From a virus (lineage: Duplodnaviria; Caudoviricetes): DNA of 64,000 nucleotides. The notes under the pieces were generated by a model that did no database searches, was not told the origin of the DNA, and saw nothing but the letters and a program-made list of their open reading frames with translations. The translations under genes were made by a program, and so were the position numbers. Location of the stretch: the IMG/VR virus record IMGVR_UViG_2890449678_000009, positions 14,840 to 78,839 of that record. One strand, given 5' to 3'. Of the stretch, positions 1 through 9,359 are shown piece after piece (within the stretch, counting starts at the first letter, position 1; each line of letters starts with the position of its first letter).

Positions 1-510
1 ATCACGTCCGTTTGCATAAGTGCTGAGCGTTGTCTTCGATACTCTAATCGCCATTGAAACAGCAGTGTTTCCGCCTCCTAATCGAATTGCTTTTCGCAGA
101 CGCTCACAGCGTTCTTCATCTGTCTTCTTTTTTTCTGATGTATATTTTCCGTAGGCTGAATTAGTATCAATATTTTCAGCGTCTTCTGTGCTTCCATCCT
201 CGTCTGAACGCTCTATTTCTAGTTCCTCTCTATGAGAGATATCTGTGGTTTCGCCACGAACGAGCCATTCAAGCGACACTCCGCATGCATCAGCCAAGGC
301 AGCTGCAGCTTCAGCTTTCATACTGCTGCGACCTGAAATGTAACTATTCAGGGTACTTAATGGAATACCAGTTTTGTCTGAGACAAACTGATTCCCACCA
401 CTTCTCTGCACAGAACGTCGCAACCTTCCTGCAGGGCTGGAAACTTCAATGTCTTTTTTTGAACTTTGCACGCTTTGACTCACTGCCTTCTTTCGCATTT
501 GATCGCTCAT
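1..510 (-). CDS. Phage repressor (c-like) with two tandem XRE HTH domains; 3' end runs off the window
   Basis: Not in the ORF track. Hand translation gives MSDQMRKK...RLRRSVQRSGGNQFVSDKTGIPLSTLNSYISGRSSMKAEAAAALADACGVSLEWLVRGE...RLRKAIRLGGGNTAVSMAIRVSKTTLSTYANGRD; divergent from ner. Confidence 0.85.
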   Translation of the reverse strand, partial: MSDQMRKKAVSQSVQSSKKDIEVSSPAGRLRRSVQRSGGNQFVSDKTGIPLSTLNSYISGRSSMKAEAAAALADACGVSLEWLVRGETTDISHREELEIERSDEDGSTEDAENIDTNSAYGKYTSEKKKTDEERCERLRKAIRLGGGNTAVSMAIRVSKTTLSTYANGRD

Positions 511-701
511 TTTTCACGGAAAACAGCAGAAAAGTGAATTTAAGAGCAAACATTACAAACATTTTAAGTTTGAAATGTGCATTTATAATTCACAAAACTA
601 AATTACCGTGTATTCTCCGGGAGGTGGAAACGAAAACAAGATACGTTTCCTAAGTTGAAAAGAAAGGTCGGCGGCAACCGACCTGAAAAGTGAGATGAGC
701 G
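511..701. promoter_or_regulatory. Divergent repressor/early promoter-operator region
   Basis: AT-rich gap between repressor and ner; TATAAT at 584-589; dyad GAAACG-N11-CGTTTC; hairpin GGTCGG-CGGCAA-CCGACC before ner. Confidence 0.6.
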
Positions 702-1010
702 ATGAGTCATAAACGATCCGGTATGGATATTGAAGACATCAAAGCTGAACTGCGGAAGAAGTATGGGCCATTAGTCTATATTTCAAAACAGCTCGGCCTC
801 AGCCGAAATGCGATAAGTGCAACGCTCGGGGACCCTCGTCACTCGATTAAAACCGAAATTCGCATTGCAGAACTTTTAGGGAAAAATCCATATGAGGTCT
901 GGGGAGAGTTTCGCTTTTATGAAGACGGAACACCAGTAAAGCGTTCGATACGCAATTATCCCTCTCAGGTCGTGCCTTTGCATCTGCGTAAAAAGAGTGC
1001 CGCAGCATGA
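702..1010 (+). CDS. ner: Ner/Nlp-family transcriptional regulator
   Basis: EDIKAELRKKYG..ISKQLGLSRNAIS..EIRIAELLGKNPYEVW..RFY pattern; lies just before the transposase. Confidence 0.88.
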   Translation: MSHKRSGMDIEDIKAELRKKYGPLVYISKQLGLSRNAISATLGDPRHSIKTEIRIAELLGKNPYEVWGEFRFYEDGTPVKRSIRNYPSQVVPLHLRKKSAAA

Positions 1011-2935
1011 TGTGTGAATTTGCAACTCTTCAAGAGATTGCCAGCCTTAATTTACCATCACTGCCAGGAATGCGTGCTCTTCACATGAGAGCAATCAAGG
1101 AGAAGTGGAGCCGTCCTGAGTGGGAAGGCACTCTTTGGCGTCCCCATTCTGGTCATGGTGGGGGTATTGAATACTCCTACAAGCTTCTTCCCAAAGTGGC
1201 TCAGTTGGAATGGGTGCGGCGGTTTTTGGACTGCTCACAGGCTCACGAGGTTGACGCAAGTGACCATGCTCAGGCTTGGAATGCGTATCACGAAGCGAGG
1301 CAGCGCCAGAAAGATCGTGCCATGGAGGCCTTGCAGCTTTTGGAGATGCTGCACCACCTAACAGATGCAGGATGGGTGCTTGAAGACGCCATCACCCAGA
1401 TACGCGAACAGCATGCCTGTCAGGTTGGTCGCACGACCATTATGCGCTGGAAGCGTATGGTAAAAGGCGTGCCGCGTCAGCATTGGCTGGCGTATCTGTT
1501 GCCAGCGCGGACAGGCCCGAAGGCTGTGCAAGCGCGTTTTTCTGAAGAAGCGTGGGACTTTGTGCGCTCGGATTGGTTACGGCCTGAAAAGCCTACTATT
1601 TCGGCGTGCTATCGGCGATTGCAACGTGCAGCGAATGAGCATGGTTGGACTATCCCTTCTGAAAAGACCATCGCGCGACGACTTGCCGATATTCCTGTTG
1701 AGGTTGTGACGTTAGCGCGTGAAGGACGGGACAAGCTGAAAGACCTTGTGCCAGCTCAAGAACGTGACCGAACGCATCTCCATGCCCTGCAAGCCGTGAA
1801 TGCGGACGGCCATAAGTGGGACGTACGCGTTCAATGGCCCGATGGAACCATTGGGCGGCCTATGATGGTGGCGTGGCAGGATTTGTATTCCAATATGATC
1901 CTGAGCTGGCGGGTGGATCGGTCTGAAAATACCGATGCGATCCAGCTGGCCCTTGGAGATTTGGTTGAGCGTTACGGCATCCCCTCGAAAGCGTATCTGG
2001 ATAATGGCCGTGCTTTTGCCTCCAAACGGATGACGGGCGGCACGAAAACACGCTTTCGCTTTAAGGTGCGTGAGGGTGATGCGGCTGGGGTGATGACCAT
2101 TTTGGGCATCGAAACGGTGTTTGTGACGCCTTACTCTGGGCAGTCAAAACCGATTGAGCGTTGTTTCCGTGATCTTGCGGGGGATCTAGCAAAACATCCG
2201 GCTTTTTCTGGGGCCTATACGGGCAATAGCCCGATGAATAAGCCTGATAATTACGGAGAAAAAGCCATCCCTTTGGCGGACTTCCTTGCTGTCATTTCTG
2301 CGGGCATTGACGAGCATAATAACCGCACGGGCCGTAGAACGGGCGTGTGTAAGGGAGTGAAGAGTTTTCGGCAGGTTTTTGACGAAAGTCTCGCTCAGTG
2401 CCCTGTCCGCAAACCGACAGAAACGCAACGCCACCTATGGCTGCGGGCTGCTGAGAACGTCATGGCCAACAAGCGCGATGGAAGCTTCCGCTTTCTTGGA
2501 AACCGCTATTGGGCCGAGTTTTTGCGCGATCATATGGGACAGCCGATTGTGGTGCGCTTTGATCCGCAACATCTACACGCCCCGATGCATGTCTACAGTA
2601 TGAGCGGTGAGTTTCTCGGTGATGCGCCGGTGATTGAAAAGACTGGCTTCGACAGCACCGCCGCAGCCGCTGAGAAGAAGCGCGCTGAAAAGCAGCTCAC
2701 GAAGGCCGCCAAAATGCGCCTGGAGGCAGAGAACCAACTGGCGCCGTCTGAACTAGCCGCACTCTTACCAGACCAAGCCGACGAGACGGATGGGCCGCTG
2801 GACCAAAAAGTTGTGACGCCATTCCGGCCACAGCCGACGGTCACCCATACGCGGCCATCTGCCCATGATGACGACGATGATGATGGCGATGAAGCCACCG
2901 TCTCCATCCTACACTATATGCGCCGTAGTGCGTAA
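1007..2935 (+). CDS. Mu-like DDE transposase (MuA)
   Basis: N-terminal Mu HTH (..GGGIEYSYKLLP); DDE motifs NADGH, YLDNGRAF and SKPIER; Mu transposase C-terminal VRFDP region. Confidence 0.96.
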   Translation: MMCEFATLQEIASLNLPSLPGMRALHMRAIKEKWSRPEWEGTLWRPHSGHGGGIEYSYKLLPKVAQLEWVRRFLDCSQAHEVDASDHAQAWNAYHEARQRQKDRAMEALQLLEMLHHLTDAGWVLEDAITQIREQHACQVGRTTIMRWKRMVKGVPRQHWLAYLLPARTGPKAVQARFSEEAWDFVRSDWLRPEKPTISACYRRLQRAANEHGWTIPSEKTIARRLADIPVEVVTLAREGRDKLKDLVPAQERDRTHLHALQAVNADGHKWDVRVQWPDGTIGRPMMVAWQDLYSNMILSWRVDRSENTDAIQLALGDLVERYGIPSKAYLDNGRAFASKRMTGGTKTRFRFKVREGDAAGVMTILGIETVFVTPYSGQSKPIERCFRDLAGDLAKHPAFSGAYTGNSPMNKPDNYGEKAIPLADFLAVISAGIDEHNNRTGRRTGVCKGVKSFRQVFDESLAQCPVRKPTETQRHLWLRAAENVMANKRDGSFRFLGNRYWAEFLRDHMGQPIVVRFDPQHLHAPMHVYSMSGEFLGDAPVIEKTGFDSTAAAAEKKRAEKQLTKAAKMRLEAENQLAPSELAALLPDQADETDGPLDQKVVTPFRPQPTVTHTRPSAHDDDDDDGDEATVSILHYMRRSA

Positions 2936-2947
2936 CGGAGTGTTTTT

Positions 2948-3895
2948 ATGACATCCCATACCGATTTGATTAACACCATCAAAGCCATTCAAGAACGCAA
3001 TGGCCTTTCTCAATCACAGATCAGCCGGGAAAGTGGTATTCCCAAAGGCACCTTGAACCAATTTTTGGCAGGCAAATATACCGGCGATAATGACAAGGTC
3101 GCCCTCAAAGCCCAACGTTGGGTCGATACGAACACGAACCGGCATCAGCTTCGCCAGAAACTGCGTCAAGCACCTGATTTTGTCATGTTGCCCTCCTGCG
3201 AGCGCTGGATGAATGTCTTTGAATATGCACAGATTGCCCAAGATATTGGCGTGATTACGGGTGCCCCAGGCACGTCTAAAACCATGACGGCTGAGTATTA
3301 TTGTTCCATCAATAGCAATGCATGGCTGATCACGGCTGATAGTTCCCTCAAGACACCCCATGCGATCCTACGTGATATTGCTGAGACGGTTGATGCCCCG
3401 GTGAAAAATGGCTCTCGCCTGATGAGTGGGTTAATCAAAAGATTGCGCGGTACGCAGGGATTGCTGATTATTGACGAAGCCCAGCATCTGACAACGGCAG
3501 CGCTCGACCAGCTTCGAGCCCTCAATGATCGGGCTGGCATTGGCATTGCGTGGATCGGTAATGAACCCTTGCGTGGCCGTATTGAAGGTATGGGGCGTGA
3601 AGCCAGCTATGCTCAGATTTTTAGCCGCGTGGGCATGTGGAAAAATCGCAGAAAACCCACGAAGGGAGATCTGGACCATATGCTTTCTCAATGGGGCACT
3701 ATGGAAAGCGATGTGAGTACGCTTCTACGGTGGATTGGAAGCCAAGAAGGTGGCTTGCGTGAACTCAATAAAACCCTTCGTTTTGCTTGGTTTATTGCCA
3801 GTAATGACGGGCGTGACAGCTTGCGTATCAGCGATATTGAGATGGGATGGAATGAACGCCGCCCCCAGCCACTCCCCAAACGCGCGGAGGGCTGA
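2948..3895 (+). CDS. Mu-like transposition ATPase (MuB)
   Basis: N-terminal HTH, Walker A GAPGTSKT, Walker B LLIIDEAQHL; follows A. Confidence 0.95.
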   Translation: MTSHTDLINTIKAIQERNGLSQSQISRESGIPKGTLNQFLAGKYTGDNDKVALKAQRWVDTNTNRHQLRQKLRQAPDFVMLPSCERWMNVFEYAQIAQDIGVITGAPGTSKTMTAEYYCSINSNAWLITADSSLKTPHAILRDIAETVDAPVKNGSRLMSGLIKRLRGTQGLLIIDEAQHLTTAALDQLRALNDRAGIGIAWIGNEPLRGRIEGMGREASYAQIFSRVGMWKNRRKPTKGDLDHMLSQWGTMESDVSTLLRWIGSQEGGLRELNKTLRFAWFIASNDGRDSLRISDIEMGWNERRPQPLPKRAEG

Positions 3896-3899
3896 GACC

Positions 3900-4307
3900 A
3901 TGGATCAAACCGTGATGGAATGCCTTTCAAACGCGCTTGGGCCGTATGGCGATATGGACATTACGCGGAATGCGGTGGTGGCGTTTTTGGAAAAGCAACG
4001 GTCGCCTTACCAATATGCAGGCACGCTTCTCTATCGGCTTGAAGGAGTGACCCCGGCAGGGCAGCAGGACGCGTGGTTCCATGTTCTGATGCTGCATTTC
4101 CTTGACCAGCTCCCCTCCACGCAATCGCTCGGCTCAATCATCAAGGCGCTGAAAGAGGCTGCACCGACACCGACCTATGCTGACCGCCTTGAGCAGCAGG
4201 CACGGCGCTGTTGGGTGCCGGGACGCAGACGCCGCCTGAAGGAACAGGCCCGCAAAGCGCGGCTGCATGAGCGCGTGCGCGGATCACGCCTGAGCCCAGC
4301 ACAATGA
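3900..4307 (+). CDS. Hypothetical early protein
   Basis: GGAGG upstream of ATG 3900; coupled to neighbouring genes. Confidence 0.6.
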   Translation: MDQTVMECLSNALGPYGDMDITRNAVVAFLEKQRSPYQYAGTLLYRLEGVTPAGQQDAWFHVLMLHFLDQLPSTQSLGSIIKALKEAAPTPTYADRLEQQARRCWVPGRRRRLKEQARKARLHERVRGSRLSPAQ

Positions 4308-5038
4308 GGGACTTTTTGACCGACCGGCGCGTGCCCAAGGGGGCGCCGGTTTTTGGACAGACCGAGATTTTTGGGAAACGGGATATGACGATGATGAACA
4401 AGCAAAGCCGGATGACAAAAGCCTTTGCAGAAGGGCGGATGATCCGCCGCATGAGTGGACAAGAAAGCCCTGTTGAAAACTTCAGGCCACGTGATGTGTT
4501 GATCCATGACTGGGTCTATGAGGGCGTTGAGCATGCTCGCTGCCTGCAAGAGATCATGATGGACGCCAAACGCCGCGCTTTTGAGGAGTTCGACCTGATG
4601 TGCGACCTGCTTATGGAGCATTACGGTGCGCGCATTGGCGGAACCCGTGGTGGCGCTGAGCTGGAAAGTATCGACAGGCTTTTGAAGGTGCAGATCACCA
4701 CGACGGATCAAAAGACTGTCACGCCTGCTATTATCGCCGCTGAAGAGCTCGTGCGTGAAGTGATGGATGACCTCATGGATGGCGCGAGCGCTGACCTTCG
4801 CCAGATTGTTGACCGGGCCTTTTCACGCAACCGCCAAACGGGCCAAATCTCCACCGCACGGATTGTTAGCCTTGTGACGATGGAGATTGAGCATCCCAAA
4901 TGGCCCGCCGCCCAAAGAGCGCTTCGAGAGGCCATCGACAATAGCGGGCAGCGCCGTTACATGCGCTTCTACCAACGCGCAGAGGCCCGTGACCCGTGGC
5001 AGCTTATCGACCTCAACTATTCATCGTTGGAGGTGTGA
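4304..5038 (+). CDS. DUF3164-family Mu-like phage protein (start may be near 4384)
   Basis: EHYGARIGGTRG..L.S.D..LKVQ, IVDRAF, W..A..A.REAI...G.RRYMRFYQR..W.LIDLNYS pattern. Confidence 0.8.
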   Translation: MRDFLTDRRVPKGAPVFGQTEIFGKRDMTMMNKQSRMTKAFAEGRMIRRMSGQESPVENFRPRDVLIHDWVYEGVEHARCLQEIMMDAKRRAFEEFDLMCDLLMEHYGARIGGTRGGAELESIDRLLKVQITTTDQKTVTPAIIAAEELVREVMDDLMDGASADLRQIVDRAFSRNRQTGQISTARIVSLVTMEIEHPKWPAAQRALREAIDNSGQRRYMRFYQRAEARDPWQLIDLNYSSLEV

Positions 5039-5042
5039 GGTC

Positions 5043-5324
5043 ATGGGTGAATTTAGAGGACATTCCAAGCTGGATGCTGGATTTGAAAAACGGCTTGCCA
5101 CCGTCAATCAATCCATCTCTGCCCAACTACAAGTTGCTCAAGCGGAGAAAAGAGGCACGGCGTTCTGCCGGGGTATCATCTCAGGAGCGCTATCCTATTT
5201 CGGCACGATAGAGATGGCTCTTTGCTCTGAAGACAACCACAAAGAAATTGTGCATCACATTCAAGAGATCCTGGTGAAGAACCCAGATATTGTCGCGTTG
5301 CGCAAGGAGCTATCCCATGACTGA
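5043..5324 (+). CDS. Hypothetical protein, paralog of 5317-5598
   Basis: GAGG RBS; shares AQL..A..K....F..G...GAL and L.KNP.I with the next gene. Confidence 0.65.
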   Translation: MGEFRGHSKLDAGFEKRLATVNQSISAQLQVAQAEKRGTAFCRGIISGALSYFGTIEMALCSEDNHKEIVHHIQEILVKNPDIVALRKELSHD

Positions 5325-5598
5325 CGCTAAAAATAAGGCCAGCACTCTTGAGGAAATAGCTGCGAACTATCTGGATTTCTCCGTCATGATAACGCACGCC
5401 CAGTTGAGGGCTGCGACAAAGCTAAAGAAAAGCAAGCAATTCAAAGTCGGCATGCTTCGGGGAGCATTGAACTGCCTTTGGCACACAATCCCCATGCATC
5501 ATCCTGAAGTGTCGGAAGAAGACATCATAAAGATTGCGCAATTCGCCACAGATAATCTGTGTAAAAACCCTGCCATTAAAAAACTGATTGGAGGTTAG
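5317..5598 (+). CDS. Hypothetical protein, paralog of 5043-5324
   Basis: AAGGAG RBS; overlaps the previous stop. Confidence 0.65.
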   Translation: MTDAKNKASTLEEIAANYLDFSVMITHAQLRAATKLKKSKQFKVGMLRGALNCLWHTIPMHHPEVSEEDIIKIAQFATDNLCKNPAIKKLIGG

Positions 5599-5758
5599 TC
5601 ATGACTATTCCCTCCAACACCGCCGTCACTTCCTAACACTCCCCAATAAAGCAGAGGATTTTTAACATGTCTCAACAGGCAGACAGGACAGCTATGTCCG
5701 AAACGACCGCTAGAAGACGCAAGACCGAGATTTACCGCTCAACCTATCGGGGAGAAAA

Positions 5759-6052
5759 ATGATGACTGAAGAAGAGATGAACGCTCATGCTGAAGATGTG
5801 GTCAAACGTGCCTTTTCTAGCTTGTGCGATTTGTTAGAGCATGCTCCCAGGTATGAGTTTATTCCCAATTTTACGGACGGTTTTTTATTGGGCTGTGCGT
5901 ATGGTCTCACAAGAGAACGCACGGAAACCTTCTTGGAAAACGGCGATATAACCCGGCAAGAAGCGCGCGCCCTCCACTGCAAGACAAGCCAAGTTCTCAA
6001 GAGGCAGAAAGAGAAGCTCCGTGACATGATGGAGAACAGCGATGACTGCTAA
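5759..6052 (+). CDS. Hypothetical protein
   Basis: GGGGAG RBS; coupled to gemA. Confidence 0.6.
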   Translation: MMTEEEMNAHAEDVVKRAFSSLCDLLEHAPRYEFIPNFTDGFLLGCAYGLTRERTETFLENGDITRQEARALHCKTSQVLKRQKEKLRDMMENSDDC

Positions 6053-6452
6053 TCGTCAGAAGCTGCTGGCTCAGCTTCATATTGCCAAGAAGGATATGGC
6101 GCTGGCTGATGAGAGCTACCGCGCTCTCCTCCACCGTGTGACAGGCAAAAGCTCGGCACGGGAGATGTCTGATGCGCAGATTGGGCGTGTGTTGGCAGAG
6201 TTTTCTGCTCTTGGCTGGAAAAAGGGGCGGTTTAAGAAATACGCGGCCTCTGCCCACCCAGATGTGCGCAAGGTGTTCGCACTTTGGGGTAGTTTGAAAG
6301 ACCATCTGGACTGCAAAGGATCACGGGCCGGGTTACGCCGTTTTGTTGAGAACATGGTGGGTGTTTCTGACCCGAACTTTTTAGACGGCAAGCAAACGCA
6401 GCAGGTTATTGAGGCGCTTAAGGCGATGCAGCGGCGTTATGGTGTGGGTTAA
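6042..6452 (+). CDS. gemA: GemA / Mu gp16 family (DUF1018)
   Basis: RQKLLAQLHIAKKDMALADESYRALL..VTGK.S..EM ... KVFALW ... VIEALKAM. Confidence 0.88.
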   Translation: MTANRQKLLAQLHIAKKDMALADESYRALLHRVTGKSSAREMSDAQIGRVLAEFSALGWKKGRFKKYAASAHPDVRKVFALWGSLKDHLDCKGSRAGLRRFVENMVGVSDPNFLDGKQTQQVIEALKAMQRRYGVG

Positions 6453-6485
6453 AAGAATTTAGTCCTATCAGCGACACATAGCCGT

Positions 6486-6511
6486 AAGGCGGTCTTCGGG
6501 CCGCCTTTTTT
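6486..6511 (+). terminator. Intrinsic terminator ending the early operon
   Basis: AAGGCGGTC-TTCG-GGCCGCCTT followed by a T tract. Confidence 0.85.
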
Positions 6512-6646
6512 GTTGGGTGTGATATGCTCTGACAAAATAAACGGCACTGGAAGAGAATCATGGAGCGGACGATTGAGCTGAAGGCGGCTGATCCAAAACC
6601 AAGGGCCATACAAAGCAGCTTTGATGCGGCTGGATGATGAGGCGAA

Positions 6647-7297
6647 ATGACCAATAGCAAGTTCTTCACGAGGCGACTGATACTCAATGACAGGAAGACG
6701 CCGTCTGTTTGTTTGAGGGAGGAACAAAGAAGACTCCGTGAGCTTGGACCGCGTATTATAGACGCCATCCAGACTGATTGTGCAGGTGAACTAAGAGGGT
6801 TGCTAAGGATGTTCGATGTGCATCTGTGGTGGCCCAAATTTGCAAAAGAGATCATCAAGTTAACAGACCCCATATCCCTAGAGGTGAAAAATGAGTTTAG
6901 AAGACATTGGGTTGAGAAAGGCGGGCATATTCGGGATGTGTTGCGAGATGATATTCAGCTGATTGTTATCCTCGAAAAGATACTGCCAAGATATTGGGGG
7001 CCGTACCCTAGAACCCCCTTATACCGGGGAGAAAATGTAGAACGCCTTGAAAAAGGATTGTTGGGTTTAAACTGGTCAAGTTCAGTTAATATTGCGCGGG
7101 AGTTTGCATCAGGCTTAAATGCGGATACACACAAAGGAGGCGTTCTTTTGAGGGTTTTCCCAGAAATGTCATCAATTGTTAGCGGGCCTTATCCATATTT
7201 TTATACAGCCCGAAAAGAAGAGGAGTTTATTCTATCTCCTAAGTGCGCATCAAAACGCCTAGTCGAACTGGAATATTTCCCCTGTGTCGGTTGTTAG
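6647..7297 (+). CDS. Putative R-S-E ADP-ribosyltransferase-fold protein (moron)
   Basis: LYRG ... NWSSSVNIAREF ... KEEEFIL in the canonical order and spacing. Confidence 0.6.
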   Translation: MTNSKFFTRRLILNDRKTPSVCLREEQRRLRELGPRIIDAIQTDCAGELRGLLRMFDVHLWWPKFAKEIIKLTDPISLEVKNEFRRHWVEKGGHIRDVLRDDIQLIVILEKILPRYWGPYPRTPLYRGENVERLEKGLLGLNWSSSVNIAREFASGLNADTHKGGVLLRVFPEMSSIVSGPYPYFYTARKEEEFILSPKCASKRLVELEYFPCVGC

Positions 7298-8055
7298 TAA
7301 TGAGAGCGCCTGACAACCTTCGGCCATCCCTCGACCACTAGAGGAATGATTTTTTCATATTCGCTCAACCCTGGCACTGGATCAAAACCTATGAGGTTTT
7401 GCAAAGACTCTAAGCTGATTTGATGGCATTGTGCGGGAGTGTCGTTGTTACACATAATCGCCGCTGATGTGTCATCCATCGCATCGTAAACGACTTTGAA
7501 AAGACCTGTGGGCACTGTGATTTTATCTGGTCCTATTGTCTCAGATAAGCTGGGGAGAATTGGCCCCGTAATCACATAGAGCTCTCCATCATTTAGAGCC
7601 GCCTGTCGTGTATCCTGTTCAACTTGGTTCCATGGCCCAGAATTCATACTGGCATCTTGGGGAACAATATTAGAATAGAGATACGTCTGGTTTCGTGTTT
7701 GCCAATCTTGCATATCCCCTGATGGGACCATGTGCCCGCGCACATAGCCTGATGCTCGGTAATCCATTTTACTAGAAGCATTATCTACCGAGAGCCTGTT
7801 ATCAACAAAAAACTTTCCCCGCCCATGAAGAGATTGAGCCCGTGTTACGCTCTCATCGGTCAGATGTTCGGCAGCCCAAAGAGGCACTTTCAACGTGGTT
7901 GAGTAACCAACGGCATAGGCATCGTTACATAGAACGTACCCTACGCGTGGAACCTCGGCTTTTAGGAAAAACTGCGGGCACTGCGTTGATGCACACGCTA
8001 ATGAAGCTGATGCGTAGATCAGCCCCATTATGGCAATAAGCTTTTGTTGAAACAT
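7294..8055 (-). CDS. Secreted DNA/RNA non-specific endonuclease (NucA/EndoG family)
   Basis: Signal peptide; PLWAAEHL, GYVRGHMVPSGD, SNIVPQ..MNSGPWNQVE, YVITGP, VP..LFKVV. Confidence 0.93.
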   Translation of the reverse strand: MFQQKLIAIMGLIYASASLACASTQCPQFFLKAEVPRVGYVLCNDAYAVGYSTTLKVPLWAAEHLTDESVTRAQSLHGRGKFFVDNRLSVDNASSKMDYRASGYVRGHMVPSGDMQDWQTRNQTYLYSNIVPQDASMNSGPWNQVEQDTRQAALNDGELYVITGPILPSLSETIGPDKITVPTGLFKVVYDAMDDTSAAIMCNNDTPAQCHQISLESLQNLIGFDPVPGLSEYEKIIPLVVEGWPKVVRRSHY

Positions 8056-8121
8056 ATTCCCCTACCAAAAAGGGGAATGATGGCGGAATATAGGCTAATA
8101 AATGCCTAATGAAGAAAGGTA

Positions 8122-8700
8122 TTATAGAGGGGAATTACGGCCTATTCCGGCGTGATCTTCATCGCCATCGCGTTTCACATCAAACTCGATTTCTTCAACA
8201 TTGACGCGATGAACTGTATGAGCACGAATGCGGGAACGGATTTTTCTGAGAGCCGCATTCACCTGCAATGCTTCATCTGGCATGGGGTAAACTGTGTCAT
8301 ATCTACGATGTGATGGGCTGCGGCAGATCATGTTGATGTGTTCGGCGTCATCATGCCAATCAGCCACATGGGATCGTGACGCAATAATTCTCCAAGCACA
8401 TGCGGAGGCTGGGTCGAATATGTAGGGTAACTCGTTGTTTTCTCCTGCACCCTGCCATAAATCATAACCAACATTTTGTTGGGCTAAATGGTCTCCAGCA
8501 TAGGCATTTTGATATTCTTCAATGAATCGTTTTCTTTCTGGTGTACAGTCCCGTGGTTTGGATAGGTCATCATCACATGGCAGAACATTGACCTCTGCTT
8601 CGTCGATAGCCTCTTCGTTAGTAAAGGGCTCCCCAGCATAAGCGTTAGTGGATACGGCAATCGTAGAACACAAGACCGCAAAAGCTATCTGTTTTTTCAT
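8122..8700 (-). CDS. Secreted protein with a Sel1-like segment
   Basis: Signal peptide ending NAYA; AYAGDHLAQQNVGYDLWQG...ACAWRIIA resembles one Sel1 repeat. Confidence 0.6.
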   Translation of the reverse strand: MKKQIAFAVLCSTIAVSTNAYAGEPFTNEEAIDEAEVNVLPCDDDLSKPRDCTPERKRFIEEYQNAYAGDHLAQQNVGYDLWQGAGENNELPYIFDPASACAWRIIASRSHVADWHDDAEHINMICRSPSHRRYDTVYPMPDEALQVNAALRKIRSRIRAHTVHRVNVEEIEFDVKRDGDEDHAGIGRNSPL

Positions 8701-8724
8701 TAACTCATTCTCCTCATAATAGCG

Positions 8725-9036
8725 TTATTCGTTGCGGGCGCGAGAAGCGCGAGCCCCGGCTTTCAGGGCGTCTTTTTCGCACATTTCCGCCCCTTTCTTG
8801 GTATGACGATACCAGTGACTTCCAATCGGATGGTAGATCATAGATTTCGTGTTCAACCATACGCGGTTGCACCCGTTTTCGGGGATGGTGTCAGGGCGAG
8901 CATCTGACGTGTTGTCTTGGGCAGACGGTGCTTCTGGTGACGGGGATTTGTGTAAGGCCTTACGGGCTGCGGCATTTCCCATCGGCAAGGCCAGGATAAC
9001 CAGTCCAACCCGTAAAAGTCTTCCCCACCCTGTCAT
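8725..9036 (-). CDS. Small secreted protein with an Ada-like/'sunset' C-terminal domain
   Basis: Signal peptide; VWLNTKSMIYH..GS.WY..TKKG..MCE.DA..AG.R.S motif. Confidence 0.7.
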   Translation of the reverse strand: MTGWGRLLRVGLVILALPMGNAAARKALHKSPSPEAPSAQDNTSDARPDTIPENGCNRVWLNTKSMIYHPIGSHWYRHTKKGAEMCEKDALKAGARASRARNE

Positions 9037-9140
9037 GATGATCCCCTTCCTTTACAGGCTTATTCACGGGGGATTTTAGGGAATTATGGTTTCTTTTCCA
9101 TCTTTAAATGATGATTCTTATGGGGAATGTTTAGGCTGAT

Positions 9141-9359
9141 CTATTTCTCTTGGACTGCTTCGCTATCATCCAGCGCTTTTTGGAGCAGGCGGCGGACTGC
9201 TTCGGAGCGAGTCATATTATGAGCCGCTGCCCAACCTTCTATTCTTTGGATAAGGGCAGCGGGAACACGCCCTCCTAGCATTGGGTCTTTTCCTGTTGCG
9301 GGACGACCACGTCCTTTCTTTTTAGGATTAGCCTTTATTGACAGGTCGGAGGAAGTCAT
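9141..9359 (-). CDS. Ribbon-helix-helix (CopG-like) regulator
   Basis: GRGRPATGKDPMLGGRVPAALIQRIEGWAAAHNMTRSEAVRRLLQKAL. Confidence 0.82.
   Translation of the reverse strand: MTSSDLSIKANPKKKGRGRPATGKDPMLGGRVPAALIQRIEGWAAAHNMTRSEAVRRLLQKALDDSEAVQEK

Noticed and set aside
285-653. Plus-strand 122-aa ORF from the track
   Set aside because: It is a shadow of the minus-strand repressor and the operator region.
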